A program made the position numbers and the translations under genes. DNA of 64,000 bases, from NCBI GenBank assembly GCA_965223325.1, contig CBDCWI010000002.1:1920001-1984000 (forward strand), written 5' to 3'. Source of the stretch: Candidatus Multivoradales bacterium. Its GTDB lineage: Bacteria > Acidobacteriota > Thermoanaerobaculia > Multivoradales > Multivoraceae. The notes under the pieces are model-generated. The model was not told the origin of the DNA. It made no database searches and was given only the letters and a program-made list of their open reading frames with translations. Positions 1 through 9,271 of the stretch are shown here, one piece after another. Within the stretch, counting starts at the first letter, position 1. Each line of letters opens with the position of its first letter.

Positions 1-25
1 GCGTCGCCCTTCTTCTCTCTACGAC

Positions 26-91
26 TCTTCGGTGCACGGTTCTTCGGTACACGGTTCTTCGGTAAACGGTTCTTCGGTACACGGTTCTTCG
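26..91. repeat. 15-bp tandem repeat (TCTTCGGTRMACGGT x4 plus a partial copy)
   Basis: Units at 26-40, 41-55, 56-70 and 71-85, partial unit 86-91; read directly from the sequence. Confidence 0.95.
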
Positions 92-234
92 AGAGTCAGC
101 TTTTATCACCATGGGTCGGAGCCTCCACTGGTTGATCCACCGATCCTAGCCGTGGTCTTTTCACCGAAATCACAACTTGCGGTTTCGTTGTGGAGCGGGT
201 CTGTGTCCAAGGGTGCATGAAGGAGGGAAAGTCC

Positions 235-1050
235 ATGAAGCAAGCCGCTCTCACCCGCTGCCTCGTCATTCTGGCTGTGATCTCAACGTTTCCATTCTCC
301 GGGGTCGAGGCATGCAGCTGCATCCCCGCAACGTTCGGCTTCTACGCCCAGGGAGAAACCACCCTTCCGCGGGGCGCGGTCGGCCTACTCTGGGCCAGTA
401 CCGCCTGGCAGTCCGAGCGCGAGACTGTCGACTTCGAGATCGATCGAATCATTGGCAATCATGTATTGCCGATGGCAGTCGAGACGGTAGTCGTCCAGCG
501 AGAGAGCACCGCTCCCGTCACGATCGTTTTGGTCTCTCCGCGAGGCGGGTTCGAACCCGGCGGTTCTTACGTCGTGCGGAGCCTCCCGACCAGCCGCGCG
601 GGCCGCAGTGAAGCGGCCTTCGAACAGACAGTAGCGGTCAAGGTCGAAGAACAAGAGGTCGCGCTACCAGACCAGCTCGACATCGAGGTGCGGCGGCCAC
701 GCCGTCAGAAGCGATGGGTTCCCGCCGGCGCCCTATGCACAGCTCGCGAAGACCGCTGGGTCACTGAGGTCAAAGCGAAGCTACCTCCCCGACTCGAGCG
801 CTACCGCGATCACCTCCTGTTCCAGGTCGCCGTGAACGATCGACCCATCGCCCCAGCGGCCACGGGTCTCTGCGAGAGGACCCCTCCTGGGCGCTCTTTC
901 TCACCAATCGGCACCCAGCAACTCGTCGCTCCTCCAACCTGTAAGGCCCCCGACTCGAAGAAGCCATCCCGCATCACTGTGACCGTGAGCTTCCCGGCGC
1001 TCGATCTGAACTGGGAGGCGAGCCAGGAAGTGGCGCTTCCCCGCTGCTAG
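235..1050 (+). CDS. Hypothetical secreted protein with a mature N-terminal C-S-C motif
   Basis: AGGAGG RBS before ATG 235; hydrophobic signal peptide ending VEA, followed by CSC; several further Cys. Confidence 0.75.
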   Translation: MKQAALTRCLVILAVISTFPFSGVEACSCIPATFGFYAQGETTLPRGAVGLLWASTAWQSERETVDFEIDRIIGNHVLPMAVETVVVQRESTAPVTIVLVSPRGGFEPGGSYVVRSLPTSRAGRSEAAFEQTVAVKVEEQEVALPDQLDIEVRRPRRQKRWVPAGALCTAREDRWVTEVKAKLPPRLERYRDHLLFQVAVNDRPIAPAATGLCERTPPGRSFSPIGTQQLVAPPTCKAPDSKKPSRITVTVSFPALDLNWEASQEVALPRC

Positions 1051-1144
1051 TCGGCTGGGTTTCCTAGAGCCCCAGCTCTACCTGCTACCGTTAGGGGTCA
1101 TCGCCCCCAACCTGCCAAGAGCCGATCCTGCAAAGGAGACACCG

Positions 1145-2215
1145 ATGAGAAAGCCGCTTCTAGTCATCGTTACCACCCTGGCCCTCGCCTCCGCTGCCAC
1201 ACTTCCCGTGGAAGGTGAGGAGGGCGCTCCAACGCGACCCGATGGCAAACCCGATTTCTCCGGCACTTACGACGCAGGCACCGTAACGCCGGTCGATCGC
1301 CCGCCTCAGTTTGGCGACAACCTCTATCTCACCCCCGAAGAAGCAAAGGCACTCGAGGAGGAACAGGCTGCGTTCTGGGCCGACGCCGAGGCCGCCAAGG
1401 ATGAAAAGGAGGCCACGAAGGGCGGCGACAACAACAACATGTTCGGTGCCGGCAATGTGGGTGGCTACAACATCTTCTGGATCGACCCGGGCAGTGAAGC
1501 GGTGATGGTCGATGGAAGGTTCCGCACCTCGATCATCTACGACCCGCCCAACGGGCGGCGGCCGGCGATGACACCAACAGCCATGGCCAAGACGATGAAG
1601 AACCTCAGCTCCTTCATCCACGACAACGACGGCACCGCGTCGTGGCTCGACAAGGGTGGCCACGGGCCCTTCGACGGTCCCGAAGACCTGGCGATCGCCG
1701 AGCGCTGTCTGCTCGGCTTCAGCGGCGGCCCACCGATGCTGCCCAGCCTCTACAACAACTACATCCGGGTGATCCAGACCGCCGACCACCTGATGATTCT
1801 CAACGAGATGGTGCACGACGCCCGGCTGGTACGCATCGACGGGAAGCATGGTCCCGACGATGTTCGCGAGTGGCAAGGTGATTCGATCGGCTACTGGGAC
1901 GGCGACACCCTGGTCGTCGAGACCAGGAACTTCCGTGCCGACACCGGTCTCATGGGTGGCGACGAGAACCTCGAAGTCGTCGAGCGCTTCTCGCGCGCCG
2001 CCAATGGCAACCTGAACTACCGGTTCACCGTCACCGACTCCACCGCCTGGACCGCCCCCTGGTCGGGCGAGTACGAGTGGACGGCCAAGAACGACAGCAA
2101 GGTCTACGAGTACGCTTGCCACGAGGGCAACTACGCGATGGGCAACATCCTGCGCGGCGCACGCCTCCTCGAGTCGGAGTACGACACCTACCCGAAAGAC
2201 ACCGACGACGACTGA
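1145..2215 (+). CDS. Conserved hypothetical secreted protein (PDGKPDFSG ... YACHEGNY type)
   Basis: AAGGAG RBS, signal peptide, strong GC3 codon bias, motifs GDSIGYWDGDTLVVET and YEYACHEGN. Confidence 0.85.
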   Translation: MRKPLLVIVTTLALASAATLPVEGEEGAPTRPDGKPDFSGTYDAGTVTPVDRPPQFGDNLYLTPEEAKALEEEQAAFWADAEAAKDEKEATKGGDNNNMFGAGNVGGYNIFWIDPGSEAVMVDGRFRTSIIYDPPNGRRPAMTPTAMAKTMKNLSSFIHDNDGTASWLDKGGHGPFDGPEDLAIAERCLLGFSGGPPMLPSLYNNYIRVIQTADHLMILNEMVHDARLVRIDGKHGPDDVREWQGDSIGYWDGDTLVVETRNFRADTGLMGGDENLEVVERFSRAANGNLNYRFTVTDSTAWTAPWSGEYEWTAKNDSKVYEYACHEGNYAMGNILRGARLLESEYDTYPKDTDDD

Positions 2216-2277
2216 GCTCTTGGGCCTCAACGACACCGCCCGATCTCACACCGCCTCCCCGATCGGTCCTTCTCGTT

Positions 2278-4092
2278 TTACCTAGCGGCCGACGCCAGCG
2301 CAAGCCGCTCAGGATCGAGAAAGGTTTCGATCGCCTGCCCCGCGAGCCAACGGCGGGCCCAGAGTTCTACCGCCAGCAATTGCCATGTGATCGCCTTGCG
2401 CTTGCCGGCGTAGAGCTCCATGGTGGCTTCACGTTCCAGCACTCCTAGAGACATCAGCACTCCGTCTCGGAGGAGGCCGCGGCCGAGAACGGCGATGCCA
2501 CGGACCATCCAGGGGCCGAGAGGAATGCTGAACCCCTTCTTGCGGGCGGTGAGAACCGCCGTTGGAACCCAGCGGGCGGCCGCTCGCTTGAGAAGCGCCT
2601 TGCGCTCGCCACCCGCAAAGAGCACGTCGTGATCGATGGTGAAAGCCAACTCGACCAGGCGCCGATCGCACAGCGGAACGCGTGCCTCGACTCCGTTGGC
2701 CATGCTCGCGCGATCGACCTTGAAGAGAATGTGATCGGGAAGGTAGATGCCGAGATCCATCAACTGAGCTGCGGCAACCGGCGGTAATTCGGGACGGAAG
2801 AAGCGCCGAAAAAGGCGATAGGGATCCGGGTCGAGACTGGCGCGGCACTCTGCTGTGAGAACGCTTTCCATCTGCTGGGGCGAAATCCTCTGCATGGTGG
2901 GCAGCTCGGCGTAGGCCGCCGCCGGATCCGGAACCCCCTGCTCGCACCGTGAGCGGTATTCGTCGTAGCGGGTGTACCCGGCAAACAGCTCATCACCTCC
3001 GTCGCCAGCCAGAACGACCTTGTAGTCGCATCCATCGGCCATTGCCGAAACGAACGCGGTAGGAAACGCCGAGCCTCCGCCGAAGGGCTCATCCCAGGTG
3101 TTCGTCACCTCCTCGAGCATCGACACTGCGGTTTCGTAGTCGAGAACCCGTTCGGTCTGCGACAGGCCGAGATCGTCGACGATCAAACGCGCCCAGGCAC
3201 GCTCGTCCTTGTTCTCTTCGTGGAATCCGACCGTGAACGCATGAATCGGCCGAGCGGAGAACCGGTGAGCGATCGAGGTCACGGTGCTCGAGTCGATACC
3301 ACCCGACAGGAACACCCCAACCGGTACGTCGCTCATCAACTGCTCTTTGACCGAGCGCTCGAGTTGCGCAGCAATCGCCTCGGTCGCCTGCTCGGGGTCT
3401 CGAATCGTCGGCGCCACGGGCACGTCCCAGTAGCGTTCGACGGTGACCCTGTTGTCAGCAGCCAGCAGCCGATGCGCCGGCGCGAGCTTTCGCATCCCCG
3501 CGAAGATGCACTCATCGACGGCGACGTACCCCAGGAGCATGTAGGTCCTGAACGCCTCGAGGTCGAGGCGCGGCTGGAACCGCGGGTGTTGGAGGATCGC
3601 CCTCGGCTGCGACGCAAAGGCGAGACCGCCGTCGTGGTGCCAGAAGTAGAGCGGTTTGACTCCCAAATGATCGCGTGCGAGGAATAGCTGCCTCTTGTTC
3701 TCGTCCCAAAGGCCGAACGCGAAGATGCCCTCGAAGCGCTCGGTACAGCCCGGACCCCACTCTTCCCAGCCGTGCACCACGACCTCGCTGTCGGTGCGCG
3801 ACCGAAAGCGGTGCCCCAACGCTTCGAGCTCCCGGCGCAGCTCGAGATGGTTGTAGATCTCACCGTTGTAGGTCAGCCAGACCGTTCTGTCCTCGTTGGT
3901 CATAGGCTGTGCTGCAGCATCGCTCAGATCGACGATCGCCAACCGCTGATGGCCGAGGGCGACGCGGCCGTCATCCCGGAACTCAACTCCACGCCCATCA
4001 CGACCGCGCATCGTGAGCTCGTCGAGTGCCGCTTCGAAGGTCTGGCGCTCTACTGGTCGCGACCAGCTCAGTTCTCCGAGAATGCCGCACAT
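2278..4092 (-). CDS. asnB: Asparagine synthase (glutamine-hydrolysing) family amidotransferase
   Basis: N-terminal MCGI (Ntn Cys), HQRLAIVD, NGEIYNH, LSGGIDSS, GDGGDELFAGY, RKKGF. Confidence 0.93.
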   Translation of the reverse strand: MCGILGELSWSRPVERQTFEAALDELTMRGRDGRGVEFRDDGRVALGHQRLAIVDLSDAAAQPMTNEDRTVWLTYNGEIYNHLELRRELEALGHRFRSRTDSEVVVHGWEEWGPGCTERFEGIFAFGLWDENKRQLFLARDHLGVKPLYFWHHDGGLAFASQPRAILQHPRFQPRLDLEAFRTYMLLGYVAVDECIFAGMRKLAPAHRLLAADNRVTVERYWDVPVAPTIRDPEQATEAIAAQLERSVKEQLMSDVPVGVFLSGGIDSSTVTSIAHRFSARPIHAFTVGFHEENKDERAWARLIVDDLGLSQTERVLDYETAVSMLEEVTNTWDEPFGGGSAFPTAFVSAMADGCDYKVVLAGDGGDELFAGYTRYDEYRSRCEQGVPDPAAAYAELPTMQRISPQQMESVLTAECRASLDPDPYRLFRRFFRPELPPVAAAQLMDLGIYLPDHILFKVDRASMANGVEARVPLCDRRLVELAFTIDHDVLFAGGERKALLKRAAARWVPTAVLTARKKGFSIPLGPWMVRGIAVLGRGLLRDGVLMSLGVLEREATMELYAGKRKAITWQLLAVELWARRWLAGQAIETFLDPERLALASAAR

Positions 4093-4313
4093 CTCAGCTT
4101 GCCTTCCCATCGAGGAATGACGTCGTCAGGTGCATGGCTCCGAGGTAGGTGAGAGCAAGCATGGTCGCACCTTACCTATCTCCGGACCTGCCTGCGGCAC
4201 CAGTCTGCAGCCGCTCTTGCTTCCATCCGCCTGGTACACCGGCGCACGGGCGACTTGCTAGCCTGCAGCCTTCCAGCGTCTCTTCGATCTTTTTCTGGAC
4301 TCGACGCCGAAGT

Positions 4314-5231
4314 ATGAGCGCCACCGCCAAGGCAACCTTTGCCACCCTCTTTTCGACCCGTCTCACCAGGGCGTCAGCGGCGATTCTCGAGCGCTACGCT
4401 CGCCAGCACGCGCTCGATCGGCCGCTTTTTCTCATTGGCCTCAATCGTTCCGGCACCACGCTTCTCATGCGTCGGGTCGCAGCGACCCGAGCGCTCGTGA
4501 ACTGGAGTGAAGCCAACGAGCTGTGGGACCCACTGGGCTACCCGTCGGAGGCCGACCGCCTGCCACGCCCACCATGGCCACTCGACCCCTACGGCTACAC
4601 CGCATCGGTCCTCGAGTCGCTGCCCGAGTACTACAAAGCCGCCATTCCTGGCCTGTGTGCTCTGCGGCTGGCAGCCGAGGCCAAAGGCAACTCTCGAGCA
4701 CGCTTCTTCAACAAGTGCCCAATGAACACCTTGCGCACCGACTTTCTGCGCCAGACCTTTCCGGGCGCCTCCTTTCTGAGCATCGTGCGCGATCCGCGCG
4801 CCGTCATCCGCTCGTGGACTCAGAAAGTGATTCCCAAACTCGAACGCCATCCGCGTTCGGGGGTCGAAACCGCGGCCGACGGCAGTCGAGTGTTCGTCTT
4901 CGACGGCGACCGCTACGAGCACAAGCAACTGATCGACCGCATGGCCCAGAGCTGGGTCGAAGTCGTGAGCGCCCAGCTCGAGGTCGTCGGTGACCTGCCG
5001 AAAGAGCGCGTTTACCATCTGCGCTACGAAGATCTCGTTGAGGACGTTGCCGGCCATCTCGAGCGAATCGACCAGCGCTTCGACCTCGATCCCGCCGCGC
5101 GCCAGTGGAACGAGATTCCCAGCGACGACCAGAGCCGCAACCTCAAGGTCAAGCGCGAATGGTCGGGCGAAGAGATGGCCATCGTCGAGGCGCGCTGCGA
5201 AGCGCTGATGGTGCAGTTGGGCTACCGCTAG
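4314..5231 (+). CDS. Sulfotransferase family protein
   Basis: PAPS-binding loop IGLNRSGTT, IVRDPRAVIRS, LRYEDLV; start chosen at ATG 4314. Confidence 0.85.
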   Translation: MSATAKATFATLFSTRLTRASAAILERYARQHALDRPLFLIGLNRSGTTLLMRRVAATRALVNWSEANELWDPLGYPSEADRLPRPPWPLDPYGYTASVLESLPEYYKAAIPGLCALRLAAEAKGNSRARFFNKCPMNTLRTDFLRQTFPGASFLSIVRDPRAVIRSWTQKVIPKLERHPRSGVETAADGSRVFVFDGDRYEHKQLIDRMAQSWVEVVSAQLEVVGDLPKERVYHLRYEDLVEDVAGHLERIDQRFDLDPAARQWNEIPSDDQSRNLKVKREWSGEEMAIVEARCEALMVQLGYR

Positions 5232-5314
5232 CGACGGCCGATCGCTGGGGCAGATCGGACGGTGGCTGTGAGGTGACACAATGCCTCAACTACTCACCCC
5301 CGGGAGCCATCGTG

Positions 5315-7621
5315 ATGCGGAAACTGCAACCATTGACGCGCCTTCTCTCTGGCACCGCCTTCGTCACCCGAGCCTCGATCGCCGCCGTCCTCTTGTTGGC
5401 TCTCGTGAGCGTTGGGTGCCGCAAGAGCGCCGAGACGGAGCTCCGAGGCGTCGGCCAGGACAGCTACGACGTCTCTTTGCGCTGGACCAGTCACGGTATT
5501 CCGCACGTTCGAGCCAACGACTGGGGAAGTCTCGGCTACGGCTTCGCCTACGCGCTGGCAACGGATGCGGTCTGTGTCATCGCGCGTGACGTGGCGATGG
5601 TCAACGGCACGCTTTCGCGGTACTTCGGGGCCGAGAACGGCAACCTCGAAAGTGACGTGTTTCATCGGGCAGTCCTGACAACCGAGAAGCTCGCCGCATA
5701 CGCCGAAGCGCAGAGTGACCGCGCCAACGCTTTCGCGGCCGGCTACGTTGCCGGCTACAACCGCTACCTGACCGACCACGCTCGAGACCTGCCGGCCAGC
5801 TGCCAGGGCGAACCGTGGGTTTCTGACCTGACCTTCGATGACGTGTCGCGACTCGCCATCGGGGTCGGCATTCGCTACGGGCTGGGGCGCTTTCAGAAAG
5901 AGATCGCCCATGCCTCGGCCGAGGATCCCATCCAGGTTTCACAAACCGAATGGGACCTGCCGGTCGGCATTGGCAGCAACGCTGTTGCCGTGGGGCGTGA
6001 CCGGAGCACCTCGGGCCGCGGCATCCTGCTCGGTAACCCGCACTACCCCTGGCACGGGTCGTCACGATTTCACCTGATTCACACCACGATTCCCGGCGAG
6101 CTCGACGTGATGGGCACCAGTCTGCTGAACACCAACCGGGTGTCCATTGGCTTTAACAAGGACATTGCCTGGACGCACACGGTGTCGACGGCCTTGCGCT
6201 CGACTCTCTACCGTCTCGCGCTCGACCCGCAAGACCCCTATCGTTACCTCTACGACGGTGAATCCCGCCCACTCGAAGCGCGCACCGTCACCTTCGAGGC
6301 CCTGAGCGAAGACGGCACCACCGAAACCCTCGAACGCACGGTCTACTTCAGCCACTACGGTCCGATTCTCGAGAACGAACAGCTCGTCTGGGACGACGAG
6401 CAGGCCTTCACCTTGCGCGATGCAGTGATCGACAACTATTTGGCCGCCGACACCTACGGCGCGTTGAACGCTGCGACGTCGACAGCCGAAGTCGAAGCGG
6501 CAATCAGCCAACAGGGGGTGTTCTGGGTCAATACGATCGCCGCCGACCGCCACGGCAACGCCTTCTATGCCGACATCAGCGGCACGCCAAACGTCGACGC
6601 CGAATTGCTCGAACTCTGCCGCTTGAAGGTCGAAGGGCTGCCGGCGCGCCTCTTCATCCTCGATGGCACACGTTCAGAGTGCGAGTGGCGAAACGACGAG
6701 CGAAGTCGTGTCCCGGGTGCCCTGCCTCCTGACGAAATGCCGCGTACGACGCGCGCCGACTACGTGACCAATTCAAACGACAGCTACTGGCTCTCGAACC
6801 CGACTGCTCCGCTCGAGGGGTTCTCGCCGATCATCGGCGAAGAGAAGACCCAGCGCTCCTTGAGAACCCGTGCTGGCCTGGTCTTCATGCAGCAGATGCT
6901 GGCGGAGAAGGACAAGCTGGCGCCCGAAGACATCCAGAACATGCTCTACAGCCAGCGCAACTTCGGTGCCGAACTGTTGCTCGACGATGTTTTGGAAACC
7001 TGCGGCGCGAAGGAGCTGCAGCCGGTCTGCAAGGCGCTCTCGTCCTGGGACCGGACGATGAACGTCGACTCGCGTGGAGGTCACCTGTGGCGCGAGTTCT
7101 GGGACCGTGCCCGCCAGATCGACGCCCTATGGGCAGTGCCCTTCGACGTCAACGATCCGGTCCACACTCCGCGCGGTCTAAACGTTGCTGATGCGAACGT
7201 CAAAGAGCAACTCCAAGACGCCCTGCTCGAGGCTGGCGAGGTCCTCACGGAGGCCGGCATCGCGCTCGATGCCCCACTCGGCGAGATTCAGTATGCCGAA
7301 CGCAACGGCAAGAAGATCGGCATTCCTGGTGGCGAAGGTTGGGCAGGAATGTTCAGCATGATCGTGAGCAAGCTCGCACCGGAGAAGGGCTACAACCCCA
7401 TCGTGCACGGCAACAGCTACATCCAGGTCATCAGCTGGGACGAAGAAGGCAACCTCGACCCGCGCGCCATTCTCACCTACTCCCAGTCGCCGGAGCCCGA
7501 GTCGGCGTTCTACAGCGACCAGACCGAAATCTACTCACAGGGCGGCTGGATCAGGCTGCCCTTCACCGACGCCGAGATCGAAGCCGACCCGAATCTACGC
7601 AGCCTCCATCTCGAAGGTTGA
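5315..7621 (+). CDS. Penicillin acylase / acyl-homoserine-lactone acylase family Ntn hydrolase (PvdQ-like), possible lipoprotein
   Basis: HGIPHVRA, beta-chain start G|SNAVAVG, LLGNPHYPW, NSNDSYW, LTYSQS; lipobox-like VSVGC. Confidence 0.9.
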   Translation: MRKLQPLTRLLSGTAFVTRASIAAVLLLALVSVGCRKSAETELRGVGQDSYDVSLRWTSHGIPHVRANDWGSLGYGFAYALATDAVCVIARDVAMVNGTLSRYFGAENGNLESDVFHRAVLTTEKLAAYAEAQSDRANAFAAGYVAGYNRYLTDHARDLPASCQGEPWVSDLTFDDVSRLAIGVGIRYGLGRFQKEIAHASAEDPIQVSQTEWDLPVGIGSNAVAVGRDRSTSGRGILLGNPHYPWHGSSRFHLIHTTIPGELDVMGTSLLNTNRVSIGFNKDIAWTHTVSTALRSTLYRLALDPQDPYRYLYDGESRPLEARTVTFEALSEDGTTETLERTVYFSHYGPILENEQLVWDDEQAFTLRDAVIDNYLAADTYGALNAATSTAEVEAAISQQGVFWVNTIAADRHGNAFYADISGTPNVDAELLELCRLKVEGLPARLFILDGTRSECEWRNDERSRVPGALPPDEMPRTTRADYVTNSNDSYWLSNPTAPLEGFSPIIGEEKTQRSLRTRAGLVFMQQMLAEKDKLAPEDIQNMLYSQRNFGAELLLDDVLETCGAKELQPVCKALSSWDRTMNVDSRGGHLWREFWDRARQIDALWAVPFDVNDPVHTPRGLNVADANVKEQLQDALLEAGEVLTEAGIALDAPLGEIQYAERNGKKIGIPGGEGWAGMFSMIVSKLAPEKGYNPIVHGNSYIQVISWDEEGNLDPRAILTYSQSPEPESAFYSDQTEIYSQGGWIRLPFTDAEIEADPNLRSLHLEG

Positions 7622-7633
7622 GGCGGCCCGCGG

Positions 7634-7722
7634 CCCCCACCCACAGTCGGGGGGACTTTCCCGCACCGCACCAGCAGCGCGCCCCACCCCCGAACCACCC
7701 CAACAGTTGGGGGGAGTTTTCG
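7634..7722 (+). repeat. Left REP-like array: two copies of CAGTYGGGGGGA(C/G)TTT
   Basis: CAGTCGGGGGGACTTTCCCGC at 7644 and CAGTTGGGGGGAGTTTTCG at 7704; each is preceded by a C-run that can pair with the G6. Confidence 0.75.
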
Positions 7723-7921
7723 AGGGCGCGGTGGTGCCGCGGCGCTCCAGTGCGCCCAGGATGCTCCCTCGGCCCGCTTTCAGCCCCCTTTTGGCCCTCC
7801 CAAACGCTGCGCCAGCCACCTTGCACGACTCTTCCCCCCACGCAGACACAGCTCCGCCGGGCCCGCGTCTCCACGGGCCTCCTGGGCGGTCCCTCTTCGC
7901 CTACCAGACTAGCCCTCGAGC

Positions 7922-8881
7922 TCAGGGCCCGGCACGTAGCGCCTGCACCGTTTCGAAAGGCAAGGGACTCGGAAACGTACCTTCAGGAAACACCACATCG
8001 CGCTCGCCCGCCCGCTGACGGTCCCGTGCCAGCCGGTGCGCCCTCCACACCCAGTCAAAGGCAGACAAGAGCCGTTGCTGCTCCTCCTTGTTGCTGGCGA
8101 TCACCAGCGGACAAGGCCCGAGAGCCATCTTCACCGGAGTCCTCAAGGGACTCATGCGAGCGATCTTCCACTGGCCGAGCGGCTTCGTTTTCTCTCGCTG
8201 GTGGCGCGCTAGAGTCTCTCGCTCGATGCCGCGAATCATCTCGCGCCCCCACTCGCAGTAGGCCTCATCGCTCAGGTCTTCCATGCCCGGTAGCTTGGAC
8301 AGAACCACCGTCTCCTTCTTGGTGAAGTCCTTCTTCGTCAGCCGACGACCCGCCTTCGTCCGTTTCGCCCGGCTGTACGCCGTGTGGTCGACCCACTCGC
8401 CTTCGAGCTCGAGCTTCCCCTCCCACAGGGCCCGGGCGACGGTCACACCTGGCCACTTCAGAGGTGAGGACACCAGGCCTGCGGCACACCCCTGCGCCAG
8501 GATATAGCGGAAGCGCTTGACGACATCGGCCGGGTCGCGGCCGGTGAAGCAGGGTCGGTAGGGCCTTTCCCACTTCGGGCCCTTCCAGCCGTGACGGATG
8601 CGGATCTCGACGCTCGTCTGGTGCTGGACGCGGTACATGAAGTCCGCCATCTGCTGGGCGTCGCGGACGCCGACGAGGAAGTGATGATGGTTGACCTGGT
8701 AGTCGACGCAGTAGATAAGGGTCTCGGTCTTGCGCTGTGCGCGGCCGATGATGCCGTTGATGATGTTTCGCTGCTCAGAGTCGGGCTTGAGCAGGAAGGT
8801 GCCGTTCGTAATGCGGGCGGTGAGCATGACTGGTTCCCACCCGCGGTCGGAGTTTGGTACGTATCTCGGTTTTGCTCCCAT
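7922..8881 (-). mobile_element. HUH/Y1 tyrosine transposase, REP-associated (RAYT/TnpA-REP-like), 319 aa
   Basis: LTARIT N-terminal strand, HUH motif VNHHHFLV, GPKWERPY, catalytic-Tyr region RYILAQ, GLV..P.KW; flanked by inverted repeats. Confidence 0.85.
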
Positions 8882-8970
8882 GTGACATGGGACGCAAAAC
8901 GCCTGCGCAGCCCTACAGGAAGGAAAAACCGGGCCGAAATACGAGCTTTCGCGAACCGCCACCCGCGGCC

Positions 8971-9141
8971 GAAAAGTCCCCCCGACTGGCCAGACCGGCC
9001 AGCGCGGCGCGCGGCGCGGCCCATGGATTGGGGCGGGAAAATCCCCCCGACTGGCTCCGGGGGCACTGGCGGTCGGGGCGCGGCCCATGGATTGGGGCGG
9101 GAAAATCCCCCCGACTGGCTCCGGGGGGTGGGACGGGCGGG
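8971..9141 (-). repeat. Right REP-like array: three copies inverted relative to the left array, including a perfect 51-bp direct repeat (9013-9063 = 9077-9127)
   Basis: GAAAAGTCCCCCCGACTGG at 8971 and GAAAATCCCCCCGACTGG at 9037 and 9101; hairpin CCCCCG-actggctc-CGGGGG. Confidence 0.9.
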
Positions 9142-9271
9142 AGTTCGCCGAGCGCCACGGCTATGATGCCCGCTCTCCTCAACATCTCGAGTCTGCAAGA
9201 ACGCTGCTGCTACCCAGGCGACGCCCAGGAGTCGAGCGCTCTCGCGCCGAGCCCGGAATCCGGAGGTCACG

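Noticed and set aside
2278-4092. AsnB-like gene as a lasso peptide cyclase
   Set aside because: It has an intact N-terminal Cys glutaminase domain, and no B protein/RRE or precursor is nearby
8971-9127. Regularly spaced repeats as a CRISPR array
   Set aside because: Only three units, the intervening sequence is partly duplicated rather than unique spacers, inverted copies lie across a transposase, and there are no cas genes
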